DNA from: a virus
Taxonomy: Duplodnaviria > Caudoviricetes
Strand: one strand, 5' to 3'
Length of the DNA: 64,000 nucleotides
Virus record (IMG/VR): IMGVR_UViG_2548876794_000003
Coordinates: 96,001 to 160,000 of that record
Part shown: in pieces, positions 49,255 to 58,323 of the stretch
How the letters are laid out: the number at the start of each line of letters is the position of its first letter
How positions within the stretch are numbered: position 1 is the first letter of the stretch
Made by a program: the position numbers and the translations under genes
The notes under the pieces: model-generated
Database searches by the model: none
What the model was told of the DNA's origin: nothing
The model's input: the letters and a program-made list of their open reading frames with translations, nothing else

Positions 49255-49857
49255 ATGAAAATAGTAGACGATTACGTTTCGTATTATTTAGGCTGTGAAG
49301 TGGCTGATGATACCTATAAAATGATGTGTGCGGTATGTGCGCATATGTTAGAAGGCGGCATTACAGAGCAAGAAGTGACAAGCTTCTTAGAAAGCAAGGA
49401 AAGCGCGGAGGACGTTCGCTTTGATACAATTCCTCAATCCATGTGGGAAGATTCATTTATCGACAAAGATGCGTTCTACGTTCATCCAGAGCTTCGCTTG
49501 ATGGCACCAGCTCCACGATTCAACTCGTCAACTGGCGCAGTCGAAAGAACACCATTCTTTTTAGAAATGAAAATCCGCTACACCGTAAAAGACTTAATTG
49601 CTTACTATAAAAAAACTGTACAACCAATTGAATCGCTTTACGACGAAAAGCGTACGATAGGATCCTTTGAGTTCTTATTCAATAAGTATCGAAGTATCGA
49701 CATAGGGACAACGATTGATTTCCTATTAAAGCTAATTGACGTAGCGCGTAACAAACACATTGAAGCGATTCAGCTTTCTAACTATGAGCAAGAAGCTTAT
49801 GAGCTGCATCGTGTCGGCACAATGAATGGAAAAGGAGAGATTGTATGGAGAGTGTAG
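49255..49857 (+). CDS. Hypothetical protein, first gene of the replication operon
   Basis: AGGAGG RBS, 200 aa, overlaps the primase start. Confidence 0.6.
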   Translation: MKIVDDYVSYYLGCEVADDTYKMMCAVCAHMLEGGITEQEVTSFLESKESAEDVRFDTIPQSMWEDSFIDKDAFYVHPELRLMAPAPRFNSSTGAVERTPFFLEMKIRYTVKDLIAYYKKTVQPIESLYDEKRTIGSFEFLFNKYRSIDIGTTIDFLLKLIDVARNKHIEAIQLSNYEQEAYELHRVGTMNGKGEIVWRV

Positions 49858-50873
49858 CTTATCAAGAACTGGGTGGAGCGAAGGACGGTTATTTCGCTCG
49901 AAAGATTTACATTCCAGTTGACGATACCTATTACGAGAACGTTAATAAGCACGTAAAGAAATACAGAACAACAGATTGCTATACGTCAGTCTACATATAT
50001 GACACGACCGAAATTGATAAAGCGATGATGTACGGTCCGGTTTACTTAGACTTGGATGGCAAGCTCGATACAGACGAGGACTTCAACGCCTTAAAACGTG
50101 ACGTACTAATGTCCGTTGGCGCACTTGAATTACTGTTCGGTATTCCCGAAGATCAAGTTGAGCTATATTTCTCTGGTTCAAAAGGGTTTCACATCCTAGT
50201 GCAACCAGAATCATTTGGCCTTGTGCCTGTGAAAAACCTTGAAGTTTACTACAAAGCGATTGCGGTAAAAATCAATAGCCTAACAATTGGTGGCTTCATT
50301 GATACATCCATCTTCGATAAGAAGCGATTGTTCAGAATGCCAAACACCATCAACAGCAAAACCGGTCTGTACAAGGTACCTATTACGATTGATGAATTGC
50401 GCAAAACAGATTTAACAGAAATGAAGCAGTACGCTTCTCAACAGCATCAAGTTGACTGGCCACAAAAGAAAATGGTGCAAGGAGCCTTACAAAAAATCGT
50501 AAGCAATGCTGAAAACCTAGTGACTGCCACACATAGGAAAAGCAATCCGAAAAGCATCGTCTCATTTAAGAAGCGTCCACCACTGCCATGTGTACAGCTA
50601 TTAATTGAGCAAGGTTCTAAAGAAGGGCATCGTAATAATGACTGTGTTGCTATCGCATCTAGCCTAGCACAAGCGGGCTATTCGCTAGACGAAGCAACAG
50701 AAATTATGGCGTCATGGAATGACAATACGGAACCACCGTTACCATTCAGTGAAGTAATGCGTACGGTAAGAAGTGCATATGATATTGCAAAAGCAGGGCG
50801 AGGTTACGGTTGTAACTACTTCAAACGAAGCGGCTATTGCGTAGGAGAAACATGTAAGCTATTCAAAAAATAA
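49845..50873 (+). CDS. Archaeo-eukaryotic primase (AEP) with PriCT-like C-terminal domain
   Basis: Motif I YLDLD, motif II FSGSKGFH, motif III IDTSIF..RLFRMP. C-terminal EGHRNN..PPLPFSEV..V.SA and a Cys cluster (C..CVGETC). Confidence 0.85.
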   Translation: MESVAYQELGGAKDGYFARKIYIPVDDTYYENVNKHVKKYRTTDCYTSVYIYDTTEIDKAMMYGPVYLDLDGKLDTDEDFNALKRDVLMSVGALELLFGIPEDQVELYFSGSKGFHILVQPESFGLVPVKNLEVYYKAIAVKINSLTIGGFIDTSIFDKKRLFRMPNTINSKTGLYKVPITIDELRKTDLTEMKQYASQQHQVDWPQKKMVQGALQKIVSNAENLVTATHRKSNPKSIVSFKKRPPLPCVQLLIEQGSKEGHRNNDCVAIASSLAQAGYSLDEATEIMASWNDNTEPPLPFSEVMRTVRSAYDIAKAGRGYGCNYFKRSGYCVGETCKLFKK

Positions 50874-50899
50874 TACTTTTAAGGGAGAACGACTAAACT

Positions 50900-52062
50900 A
50901 TGAATCCATTTACAGCATACAAACAATTAAACGATATTGAAGCAACAACAGAGGAAACAGTAAACGAAAATCTATTCGCAACAAAACCGCAATTAAACTT
51001 TGAAATCCAAGAGGGCGCAATCATTGAAGATGCAGAAGATGGTGACGAGCTTATCGGTAACATTGACTTCTTCAAGGAATCAGATGATGACTTAGATAGC
51101 TTTGAGGAACGAGCTTGGAAAAAAGGTGCTGGCTACAAACTGCCAAACTTCCCCGAAGTAGAAGAGCGACTAGAAGGCCTTGAATCTGGTCTGTATATTT
51201 TCGCCGGTGAATCCAATATGGGTAAAACGGCAGCAATGATGGCGATGTTATACGATGTCGGCATGTGCGAAGAAAATAACGTGCTTGCGCTACTAATCAC
51301 AATTGATGACACGAAAGATGAAGTGCTACCTCGTGTCATTGCCGCAGAACAACGCATTCCAATTTCAGCCGTTGGCAAACCAAGCCGATACGTTGAAGAA
51401 ATCAATAATGGTTCTCCCGACACACTAAAATTTGAAGAGTACTTAGAAAAACGAAAAAAGGAATTCAACTCTTGAAAGATAAGAAGAATATGTTTAAAGT
51501 AGTAGATGCTTTAAAGGATGAGACTAAAAACCTACGTTATGCCGAAGGAATTGAAGAGTATATTAGGAAGCTAGTCCTATATTTGAAAGCAGTTGATCCA
51601 GAGAGAAAACTGGTTGTGGGTATTGATTCCCTTAACGATGTACAGCACATGGGCAAGAGCTTAGAAGCGAAAGAGCGTAATGAAAAAACAGCTAAGTGGT
51701 CGAAGGGGCTTGCGAAGCGTTTCGACATTCCTGTATTCGGTACAACGCATTTAAGAAAACTAAATGGCAACCGTCGTCCAACGACAGAAGATTTGAAAGA
51801 TACAGTTGAGTATCAATACGAATCATCAGTGCTGTTCCTAGTTTATAACGATGTTTCTAAGAATAAAGAAGCTGCTGGCGTATTCTACACTGACACTGAA
51901 ATCGAAGGACGTCGTCCGATTATCGAATTGGACTGGGCTAAAAATAAGAAATCTTCATACAAAGGCCGTACGTACTCATTCTTTGTTCCAGACCAGTCTC
52001 GCTTACAAGAAGTGGACGCTGAAACAAAACGAAGCTACGACACAATTATTTTAGAAGGATAA
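50900..52062 (+). CDS. DnaB-like (SF4) replicative helicase, split by a -1 frameshift near 51454-51460
   Basis: Walker A AGESNMGKT in 50900-51475. Walker B VVGIDSL, HLRK..RRPTTEDLK and WAKNK in 51472-52062 (-1 frame). Joined length 387 aa. Confidence 0.8.
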
Positions 52063-52076
52063 GGAGAATCATTCAC

Positions 52077-52367
52077 ATGTTATATTTTCAACCAATTTAC
52101 CAAGGCGAGCCTACAATTACATTAGGCAACCGTCAAGATGTATGTGTCATTAGTTCCGCTAAATACACATCATCAAAAAACGCTACGTTAAGTGGCGCTG
52201 AAATTGAGCTACGTAAAACAATGCCACTAGAAGGAAAGCCTGTTTTTAAATTCCGCCAATACGGTCGTGACGTTTGTTTATCAATTGAAGCAATGCGTGA
52301 AGTCGTTGAGCAGTACGACAGCGAGCAAGCTATTAAAGTAGAAGCAGCTAACGTAGATGCTGAATAA
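52077..52367 (+). CDS. Small protein, possibly PC4-like ssDNA-binding
   Basis: AAGGAG RBS; weak IELRK...RDVCLSIEAMREV pattern. Confidence 0.35.
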   Translation: MLYFQPIYQGEPTITLGNRQDVCVISSAKYTSSKNATLSGAEIELRKTMPLEGKPVFKFRQYGRDVCLSIEAMREVVEQYDSEQAIKVEAANVDAE

Positions 52368-52578
52368 AAAGCAATGGAGTGCAAAGGGAGCAAGAGATAA
52401 CTGCCCACGCTTCGCTCTATGCCCTATGTGCTATGGTTGCAGAAACTTTGATTCTAGCTTGGAGGATTGCAGAGCTTGCCAAGAGGATAATGCAAAAGAC
52501 AATATCTGTGCTACGGAACGTCACACACCAGATCGTTTAGCGATGATGATTCGGAGGGAAACGATTGTTGCGAAATAA
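52357..52578 (+). CDS. Small Cys-rich (metal-binding) protein
   Basis: CPRFALCPMCYGC..CRAC..C, 7 Cys in 73 aa. Confidence 0.55.
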   Translation: MLNKKQWSAKGARDNCPRFALCPMCYGCRNFDSSLEDCRACQEDNAKDNICATERHTPDRLAMMIRRETIVAK

Positions 52579-52954
52579 AACAACTTGTTATAGTGGCTAT
52601 ATTTCATCCGCTTCATTCGACTTGGCAGATGAATTAGCTATTAAACATAACTTAACTGCAGACGAAGCATTCTTCGCCAGTGCATTAATTGAACTACATA
52701 AATTACATAAGAGTAACGAAATCAAACGTTCTAGTTTTAGAGGAATAACGGATGATAGCGTAATGAAAGCAACGAGTGCTGTTGCGACACATATCGGTAC
52801 GAAGATTATCGTATCAAAACATAACAAAGCAATTCATGATTCCGCAGATACTTACATCTATAAAGATGCAGGGGAAAGCGGCCATACATATTTTACATTC
52901 GGAGTCGAATGTTACAAGAACCGCAAAAACTTCAATATTATTTGTATTTTATAG
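52565..52954 (+). CDS. Hypothetical protein
   Basis: GGAGGG RBS, TTG start. Confidence 0.5.
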   Translation: MLRNKTTCYSGYISSASFDLADELAIKHNLTADEAFFASALIELHKLHKSNEIKRSSFRGITDDSVMKATSAVATHIGTKIIVSKHNKAIHDSADTYIYKDAGESGHTYFTFGVECYKNRKNFNIICIL

Positions 52955-52965
52955 GAGGACTAAAA

Positions 52966-53436
52966 ATGAACGATATTAAATCAACTGCATTAGAAAGCAT
53001 TGCTTATGAGGATATTAAAAGTATTGTTACAGCTATGCTGAAAGAACATGCAAGCAAAGAAACACTTCAAGCGAGCGATGAATTGCATTCCCTTTTACAT
53101 GGGCTACTAATTCATCGTGGCGTTATTCACGAAGATCAACCACAACAAGGTTTTGAAGATGTATTAGCGGCAGCATGCCTGTTGCACAATATCCACTCAG
53201 TTGAAAAACCTAGCGACTTATTCTTCGTACGTGACTTATTTGAACAATACAATGCAGAGTTCACACTGCCACAACAAATCATTGATGCAATTTGTGCTTC
53301 AATTGAAGGCAAGTTTGGTGTAAACTCTCCAGTGAAATCGTGCATTCCGCAACAAGGAACCCCAACAGCAATGTTTGCTGACGCTTGTTGGATGCAAACA
53401 TACATGAAAAACCTAGCGACGATTGAGCACATCTAA
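52966..53436 (+). CDS. HD-domain-like protein with HN replacing HD
   Basis: AGGAGG RBS favours ATG 52966; DVLAAACLLHNI and late FAD motif. Confidence 0.45.
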   Translation: MNDIKSTALESIAYEDIKSIVTAMLKEHASKETLQASDELHSLLHGLLIHRGVIHEDQPQQGFEDVLAAACLLHNIHSVEKPSDLFFVRDLFEQYNAEFTLPQQIIDAICASIEGKFGVNSPVKSCIPQQGTPTAMFADACWMQTYMKNLATIEHI

Positions 53437-54146
53437 TGGATGTGACTGAACAACAACTGTTCGACTATCTGCAGTGTCCTGTTTACTATGACATCACAGT
53501 AAATAAGAAGCTACCGTCTGAACAACCCGTACAGCTTTCGGACTTGTTGATGAAAGTTACGCGATTTTTCTACTTGCAGTTGAGCCTTGGGGAAGTACCA
53601 ACACTTGCAACATTGAAACGAAAATGGGATATGGTATTCCAACCGTATCAAGAAATCCTCGGTGAGAAAAAAGCCATCGAAGGATTACAGCTATTAATGA
53701 AACTATACGATTGGGCGAAGGAGACGAAGTTGGTTGTTATCGACATCGACTCTCCTTATGCAATTACTTCTGGTAAGAATAAACTAGAAGGCGTTATGGG
53801 TGTTATCGCTGCTGGCAAAAATGGCAGAGACGAGCTGCTCGTAACAAGCTTTTCTCCACGAATGTCACACGAAGATCTAGACGCATTAAAATTAAAATAC
53901 ACGATTGACTCGTACGCATACCGTTTGAAATACGGTAAAGATTTAAGTGGTATTCGCATACATCATGTGAAGCATGGGAAGGACAGCCTTACGTTCAGAA
54001 AAAACTCAGACTACGAACGACTATTCGGAACGATAAATGGTGTGTGTAAAAGCTTAGAAAACAACATCTATTACGTTCGCGATCATTATGGCTGCGCTAT
54101 ATGTCCTGTTAATAATCTGTGCAAGTACTGGTTCAATAACTATTAA
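53436..54146 (+). CDS. Cas4/AddB-like PD-(D/E)XK fold protein with 4-Cys cluster, catalytic motif degenerate
   Basis: N-terminal YLQCP and C-terminal CAICPVNNLC. The expected GxIDxI..DYK reads GVMGVI..TSF. Confidence 0.6.
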   Translation: MDVTEQQLFDYLQCPVYYDITVNKKLPSEQPVQLSDLLMKVTRFFYLQLSLGEVPTLATLKRKWDMVFQPYQEILGEKKAIEGLQLLMKLYDWAKETKLVVIDIDSPYAITSGKNKLEGVMGVIAAGKNGRDELLVTSFSPRMSHEDLDALKLKYTIDSYAYRLKYGKDLSGIRIHHVKHGKDSLTFRKNSDYERLFGTINGVCKSLENNIYYVRDHYGCAICPVNNLCKYWFNNY

Positions 54147-54159
54147 GGGGGTGAAGCAC

Positions 54160-54294
54160 ATGGACGTTAAAGAACACCAAGACTATTTCGAAGCGGAAGA
54201 TCCCGCTACAAAGGTGCCGATGCCAGAGAAAGAAGCGTTAATGCCTAATTCAAAAAACGGCAAACAAGTAAGTCAACCAAAGAAAAAGAATTAG
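54160..54294 (+). CDS. 44-aa hypothetical protein
   Basis: AAGGGGGTG RBS before ATG 54160; fills the gap between genes. Confidence 0.45.
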   Translation: MDVKEHQDYFEAEDPATKVPMPEKEALMPNSKNGKQVSQPKKKN

Positions 54295-54316
54295 GGGATA
54301 AGGGTAGGCGAGAAAC

Positions 54317-54991
54317 ATGGTAAAAGCATTAGTGAAAGGTAAAGCGAAGGTAAACGTCAAGAAGAGCTCAAAGCCAGAGCACAATTCGGGACCGGTAAAA
54401 CTTCAACCAAAGTTTGAATCGGATGGCTGTGTGTTTAAAACAAAATTGATGCTCTTATACTACCTACGTTTGAAAGAGCTAATGGCCAATGGCTTCATTC
54501 AATCATTTGATGTACCACACCAAACTATTGAAACCGATGAACAAGGAAACGAACGATATACGACTAAAGAGCTTAATGGAAAGAAGCTCAATAGCAGTAA
54601 ATGCTATATCAATGGAATCGAGTTCGACTCCGTACAAGAATCAAAATTCTACTTGTTCCTAATGGAGAAAAAAGCTACGGGTAAAATCATAGACTTTTTA
54701 CTACAACCTACCTATGTATTAATGAATAGTTATCGCCGCAAAGAAGATAACAAGATGGTTCGCAAGATGACGTATAGTGCCGATTTCCTTGTTATGCGCA
54801 ATGATGAAAGCATTGTTGCGATTGATACAAAGGGATTCGAAACAGATACGTTTAAAATCAAACGCAAGCTATATGATTTTTTACATGAACACTTACCAGA
54901 AATGTATCCTAAACTGGTGCTGATTAAAATTCGTGAACGGATTAAAGGAGATGCTTGGTTCAACATGGATTCGGACGAGGAGATTCGTTAG
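54317..54991 (+). CDS. DUF1064-like PD-(D/E)XK endonuclease
   Basis: NGIEFDSVQE..Y..LQP.Y.L..YSADF..IDTKG..FKIKRKL. Confidence 0.7.
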   Translation: MVKALVKGKAKVNVKKSSKPEHNSGPVKLQPKFESDGCVFKTKLMLLYYLRLKELMANGFIQSFDVPHQTIETDEQGNERYTTKELNGKKLNSSKCYINGIEFDSVQESKFYLFLMEKKATGKIIDFLLQPTYVLMNSYRRKEDNKMVRKMTYSADFLVMRNDESIVAIDTKGFETDTFKIKRKLYDFLHEHLPEMYPKLVLIKIRERIKGDAWFNMDSDEEIR

Positions 54992-55001
54992 GAGACAATT
55001 A

Positions 55002-55949
55002 GTGAACGAAGAACTAGACTTTATCACTTCTGAGGTTGATGACAATGAAGAATTGTCGCAACGTGAAGTGTATGAGCAAAAGCAAATCGCATGGCAAGAA
55101 ATCGAAGATCTAGTCATGATTTATAAAAAACGTTTCGACGATGAAAAAGTAGACGACGAAGTTATCGCAGCTTCGGAACGCGCAGGGGAAGAACTGATTG
55201 CACGATTTGAAAACTTATTCCATAAGTATTCATCACTCGTACGCACAGGTAACTTCAATTGGAGAGATCGTACTTCCAAAAAATTCGTTCGTCTATTCAT
55301 CGACGACCAACAGTTGAAATCAGCACTTTCGAGAACAAAAAGTAACAACCAGTTTCGCCGCAAGATTCACGACAAATTCAATTTCGTCGTGGACACATAC
55401 GGTGCGCTAGACGAGGAATATATTTTAAGCGACCTTCACACAGTCTTTTGTGACTTGATGAAGCGCTACGAGCCGATGGGCAGAACATTCTGCGGATACA
55501 TTAATAATGCATTCCGATTCTATTTATACCGTCACATCACTTCATACATAAAAGAACCAATGTCTGTTAAAAGCAACGTGATTGAATTTAAAAGCGAGAT
55601 TGTAGATGATGAAACATTGCATGAATACAATCGAGAAGGCGTCATCACAAAAGAAGAAGATGACACATTCGAACACAACCTGGGGATTCCAGATGAGCGT
55701 TGGATTACTGGTGAGGAATGCGGTGAAGCCTTCCAAGGTCTTACGCCAATTCAACGCAAGATTATCGTGAAGTACTATCTTGAAAACTGGAACGACCGAC
55801 AAATCAGTGATGCTTATTGCATGCACATCAACGCTGTAAACCAATTACGCAGACGAGCAATACGAACAATTGCAGAATCGCAAGGCATTAATTTAGAGTG
55901 GATCCGACGAGTTCGAAACTCTGGCGCAAAAGCGCGTTTGCCGAAGTAA
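55002..55949 (+). CDS. Phage sigma70-family RNA polymerase sigma factor
   Basis: AGGAG RBS favours GTG 55002. Region 2-like DL..VF..LMKRYE..TFCGYI; region 4 LTPIQRKIIVKYYLENWNDRQIS..AVNQLRRRAI. Confidence 0.75.
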   Translation: MNEELDFITSEVDDNEELSQREVYEQKQIAWQEIEDLVMIYKKRFDDEKVDDEVIAASERAGEELIARFENLFHKYSSLVRTGNFNWRDRTSKKFVRLFIDDQQLKSALSRTKSNNQFRRKIHDKFNFVVDTYGALDEEYILSDLHTVFCDLMKRYEPMGRTFCGYINNAFRFYLYRHITSYIKEPMSVKSNVIEFKSEIVDDETLHEYNREGVITKEEDDTFEHNLGIPDERWITGEECGEAFQGLTPIQRKIIVKYYLENWNDRQISDAYCMHINAVNQLRRRAIRTIAESQGINLEWIRRVRNSGAKARLPK

Positions 55950-55950
55950 C

Positions 55951-55980
55951 AAAAAAGTAGCCCTTTATGGCTACTTTTTT
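55951..55980. terminator. Intrinsic (bidirectional-type) terminator
   Basis: AAAAAAGTAGCC-loop-GGCTACTTTTTT. Confidence 0.8.
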
Positions 55981-55991
55981 GTCGTTTACAC

Positions 55992-56020
55992 TTGTAATTA
56001 TAGGTATAAGGTGCTATTAT
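55992..56020 (+). promoter_or_regulatory. SigmaA-type promoter of the RHH-recJ-dnaE operon
   Basis: TTGTAA-N17-TATTAT with extended -10 TG. Confidence 0.6.
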
Positions 56021-56032
56021 TATCACATAAAG

Positions 56033-56051
56033 GTTCACAACTGTTGTGAAC
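56033..56051. promoter_or_regulatory. Palindromic operator candidate
   Basis: Perfect inverted repeat GTTCACAAC-T-GTTGTGAAC between the -10 element and the RBS. Confidence 0.55.
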
Positions 56052-56073
56052 TATCAAGGAGCTGAAATTAAAT

Positions 56074-56250
56074 ATGGCAATTAAAGAGGGCAACTGTTAT
56101 TTAAACTTAGTTGTTTCACAAGAAGTAAAAGACGCTATTAAGGCGATTGCAGAAGAGGAAGGCAGCACAGTATCGAAGATTGGTGCTCGTATCATCTCTA
56201 GGTCAGAGGAGGTGAAGAAAATTGTGGAAGCTAAGAGACAAGCAGACTAA
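56074..56250 (+). CDS. 58-aa ribbon-helix-helix (CopG/Arc-like) DNA-binding protein (not in the ORF track)
   Basis: Manual translation MAIKEGNCYLNLVVSQEVKDAIKAIAEEEGSTVSKIGARIISRSEEVKKIVEAKRQAD. Alternating beta strand, helix, G-x-T-V-S turn, helix; AAGGAG RBS. Confidence 0.7.
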   Translation: MAIKEGNCYLNLVVSQEVKDAIKAIAEEEGSTVSKIGARIISRSEEVKKIVEAKRQAD

Positions 56251-57919
56251 CGTTGACGGTGGCGACAATAAGCTATTGAAAATAGTGCTGGAGAATCGTG
56301 GGATAGAGAGTAACTCGATTGACCGTATCTTCAACAACCCACTCGATGTACTTATTCCAGCGGAGAAAATCGTCAACGGAATGAAGGCCGCAGAAGTAAT
56401 CGTTCAAGCGATTGAAGCGAATGCAGAGATTTGGACTTTTAATGACTATGATTGCGATGGCATGACGAGTGGATTTATTATGACAGATTTCTTACGCAGG
56501 ATTTCAGACAACACAGTCTATCCTTATTATCCGAACAGAACAGAAGGTTATGGGTTGAGCATGAGCTTCTGCAGACGAATCGTTAAACGAATGCAGGAAG
56601 TCAATAAGCCTGTACTCGTTATCACGAATGATAATGGCGTGACGAAGGTGGAAGAGGTTGCTTACTTGAAAGCGAATGGCGTTGAGGTTGTCGTGACCGA
56701 CCACCACGAGCCTAAAGAAGTGCTGCCCGACTGTGTAGTCGTTAATCCTCACATTGAAACAGACACGACGTTCCACCATCTTTGCGGTGCGGGTGTAAGT
56801 TACAAAGTCATTCAGTGCATTGAAAAATATGCAGACTTAAACGAGTACAGTCAAGACTATCTGTACGCTGTAGCATTAGGTACTGTCGCAGATATGATGC
56901 CACCGCATGAAGAGAACCAAGTCATGATTCGATTAGGGATTATGCAAATGAATTCTCGAAAATATTGTCCTTCAAATATTGCGCAGTTCAAAAAGCATCT
57001 AGGTATGGAAAGCGTTACACCAGTCAGCATCGCATGGGAATTTGGACCACGACTAAATGCGACTGGTCGAATGGGTGAAGTCGATGTAGGTGCGGGATTC
57101 TTCTATGAGCAAGATGTTGATACGGTACTTGAATACGTTGAACGAATTGAAAAGTTGAATAACGAACGTAAAAGCAGAACAAACGAAGCGAAGAAAATCA
57201 TCGGTAGCATGGACTTCCCACCGGAGAACGCCGCTATCTTATTTGATGCGACAGGGTTCCCGAAAGGAATTACAGGCATTGTAGCAAGTAAGGTTCTCGA
57301 TAAAACGATGAAACCTGCATTAGCTTATTCGGTCAGTGGAAACGGAACGCTCACTGGATCAGCACGAGTGCCAGAAGGTATCGACTTAATTCCAGCACTT
57401 GAAACAGCTGTTGAGCAGGGCGTCATTGAATCGTATGGCGGTCACGCACAAGCTGCAGGGTTTAACCTAAAGCCCGAAAACATCGAAGCCTTCCAAGCTG
57501 TTCTAAACAAAGAGCTTAAAGAAAGCGTGGATAACTTAGAAATAGATGACACTGTATTGGTTGATAGTGAAATCCATATTGCAGACCTAAATAAAAATAA
57601 CTTCTATGCGTTGAATACACTGTATTATGACCGAGAAAAATTCATGCGTCCGTTATTCGTATTAAAAGGTGTGACAGTGAAGGCACATAAAGTATCTAAA
57701 AAGAATAAAGATAATATCGAATTTGAAATAGACGATGGTCAACGTACCTTGAAGATATGGGCATGGGGACAAGGCATACGCTACTCGCAACTAGGAGAGC
57801 CCAAAACAATTGATATTGTTGGCTCAATCGACATCAACTTTTTAAATAAACGATATGCTACGTTGAATGTATCGAACATATTCGTTGCAGAGAAAAGTAC
57901 AGCAACCATTGCATCGTAA
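56222..57919 (+). CDS. recJ: Single-stranded DNA exonuclease RecJ (DHH family)
   Basis: DYDCDG, PNRTEGYG, TNDNG, TDHH, LGTVAD, PRLNATGR, GGHAQAAG motifs. Confidence 0.92.
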   Translation: MWKLRDKQTNVDGGDNKLLKIVLENRGIESNSIDRIFNNPLDVLIPAEKIVNGMKAAEVIVQAIEANAEIWTFNDYDCDGMTSGFIMTDFLRRISDNTVYPYYPNRTEGYGLSMSFCRRIVKRMQEVNKPVLVITNDNGVTKVEEVAYLKANGVEVVVTDHHEPKEVLPDCVVVNPHIETDTTFHHLCGAGVSYKVIQCIEKYADLNEYSQDYLYAVALGTVADMMPPHEENQVMIRLGIMQMNSRKYCPSNIAQFKKHLGMESVTPVSIAWEFGPRLNATGRMGEVDVGAGFFYEQDVDTVLEYVERIEKLNNERKSRTNEAKKIIGSMDFPPENAAILFDATGFPKGITGIVASKVLDKTMKPALAYSVSGNGTLTGSARVPEGIDLIPALETAVEQGVIESYGGHAQAAGFNLKPENIEAFQAVLNKELKESVDNLEIDDTVLVDSEIHIADLNKNNFYALNTLYYDREKFMRPLFVLKGVTVKAHKVSKKNKDNIEFEIDDGQRTLKIWAWGQGIRYSQLGEPKTIDIVGSIDINFLNKRYATLNVSNIFVAEKSTATIAS

Positions 57920-57950
57920 TGATGTAGTGTAATTGAAGGGAGGTGAAAGT

Positions 57951-58319
57951 ATGAAGCTACCAGTTAAAACATTTTACTTTAATCAGCATTCGCACACAGC
58001 TCGTCTAAATGTAGGAACAATGAAAACGTATCTTGAAGTGAAGTTCAGCGTAAGCATTAAATTGGAGAGCCGCGTGAAGCAAGCACTTTTAAACGGTGAT
58101 GATGTTGAGTTGATTGCAGATGGCATCAAGGACAAACGAGTGTCTGTTGTTATTCCTAGTTCAACTGCTCAATTGCGTATAGCTAGTATCGAAAAGCGAA
58201 CGAAAGATTATTACCGAGACTTACCAATCAACGAATCGAAGATCGTCGAGAAATCCGTATTCACTATTTATGTTAATCAGCCGAACTTTTTAGAAGTGAC
58301 TGAATCAGAAAAGGAATGA
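57951..58319 (+). CDS. Hypothetical protein
   Basis: GGAGGTG RBS favours ATG 57951. Confidence 0.55.
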   Translation: MKLPVKTFYFNQHSHTARLNVGTMKTYLEVKFSVSIKLESRVKQALLNGDDVELIADGIKDKRVSVVIPSSTAQLRIASIEKRTKDYYRDLPINESKIVEKSVFTIYVNQPNFLEVTESEKE

Positions 58320-58323
58320 TTAA

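Noticed and set aside
53436-54146. Cas4-like gene as a sign of a CRISPR-Cas system
   Set aside because: No repeat-spacer array or other cas genes seen; solo Cas4-like genes are common in phages
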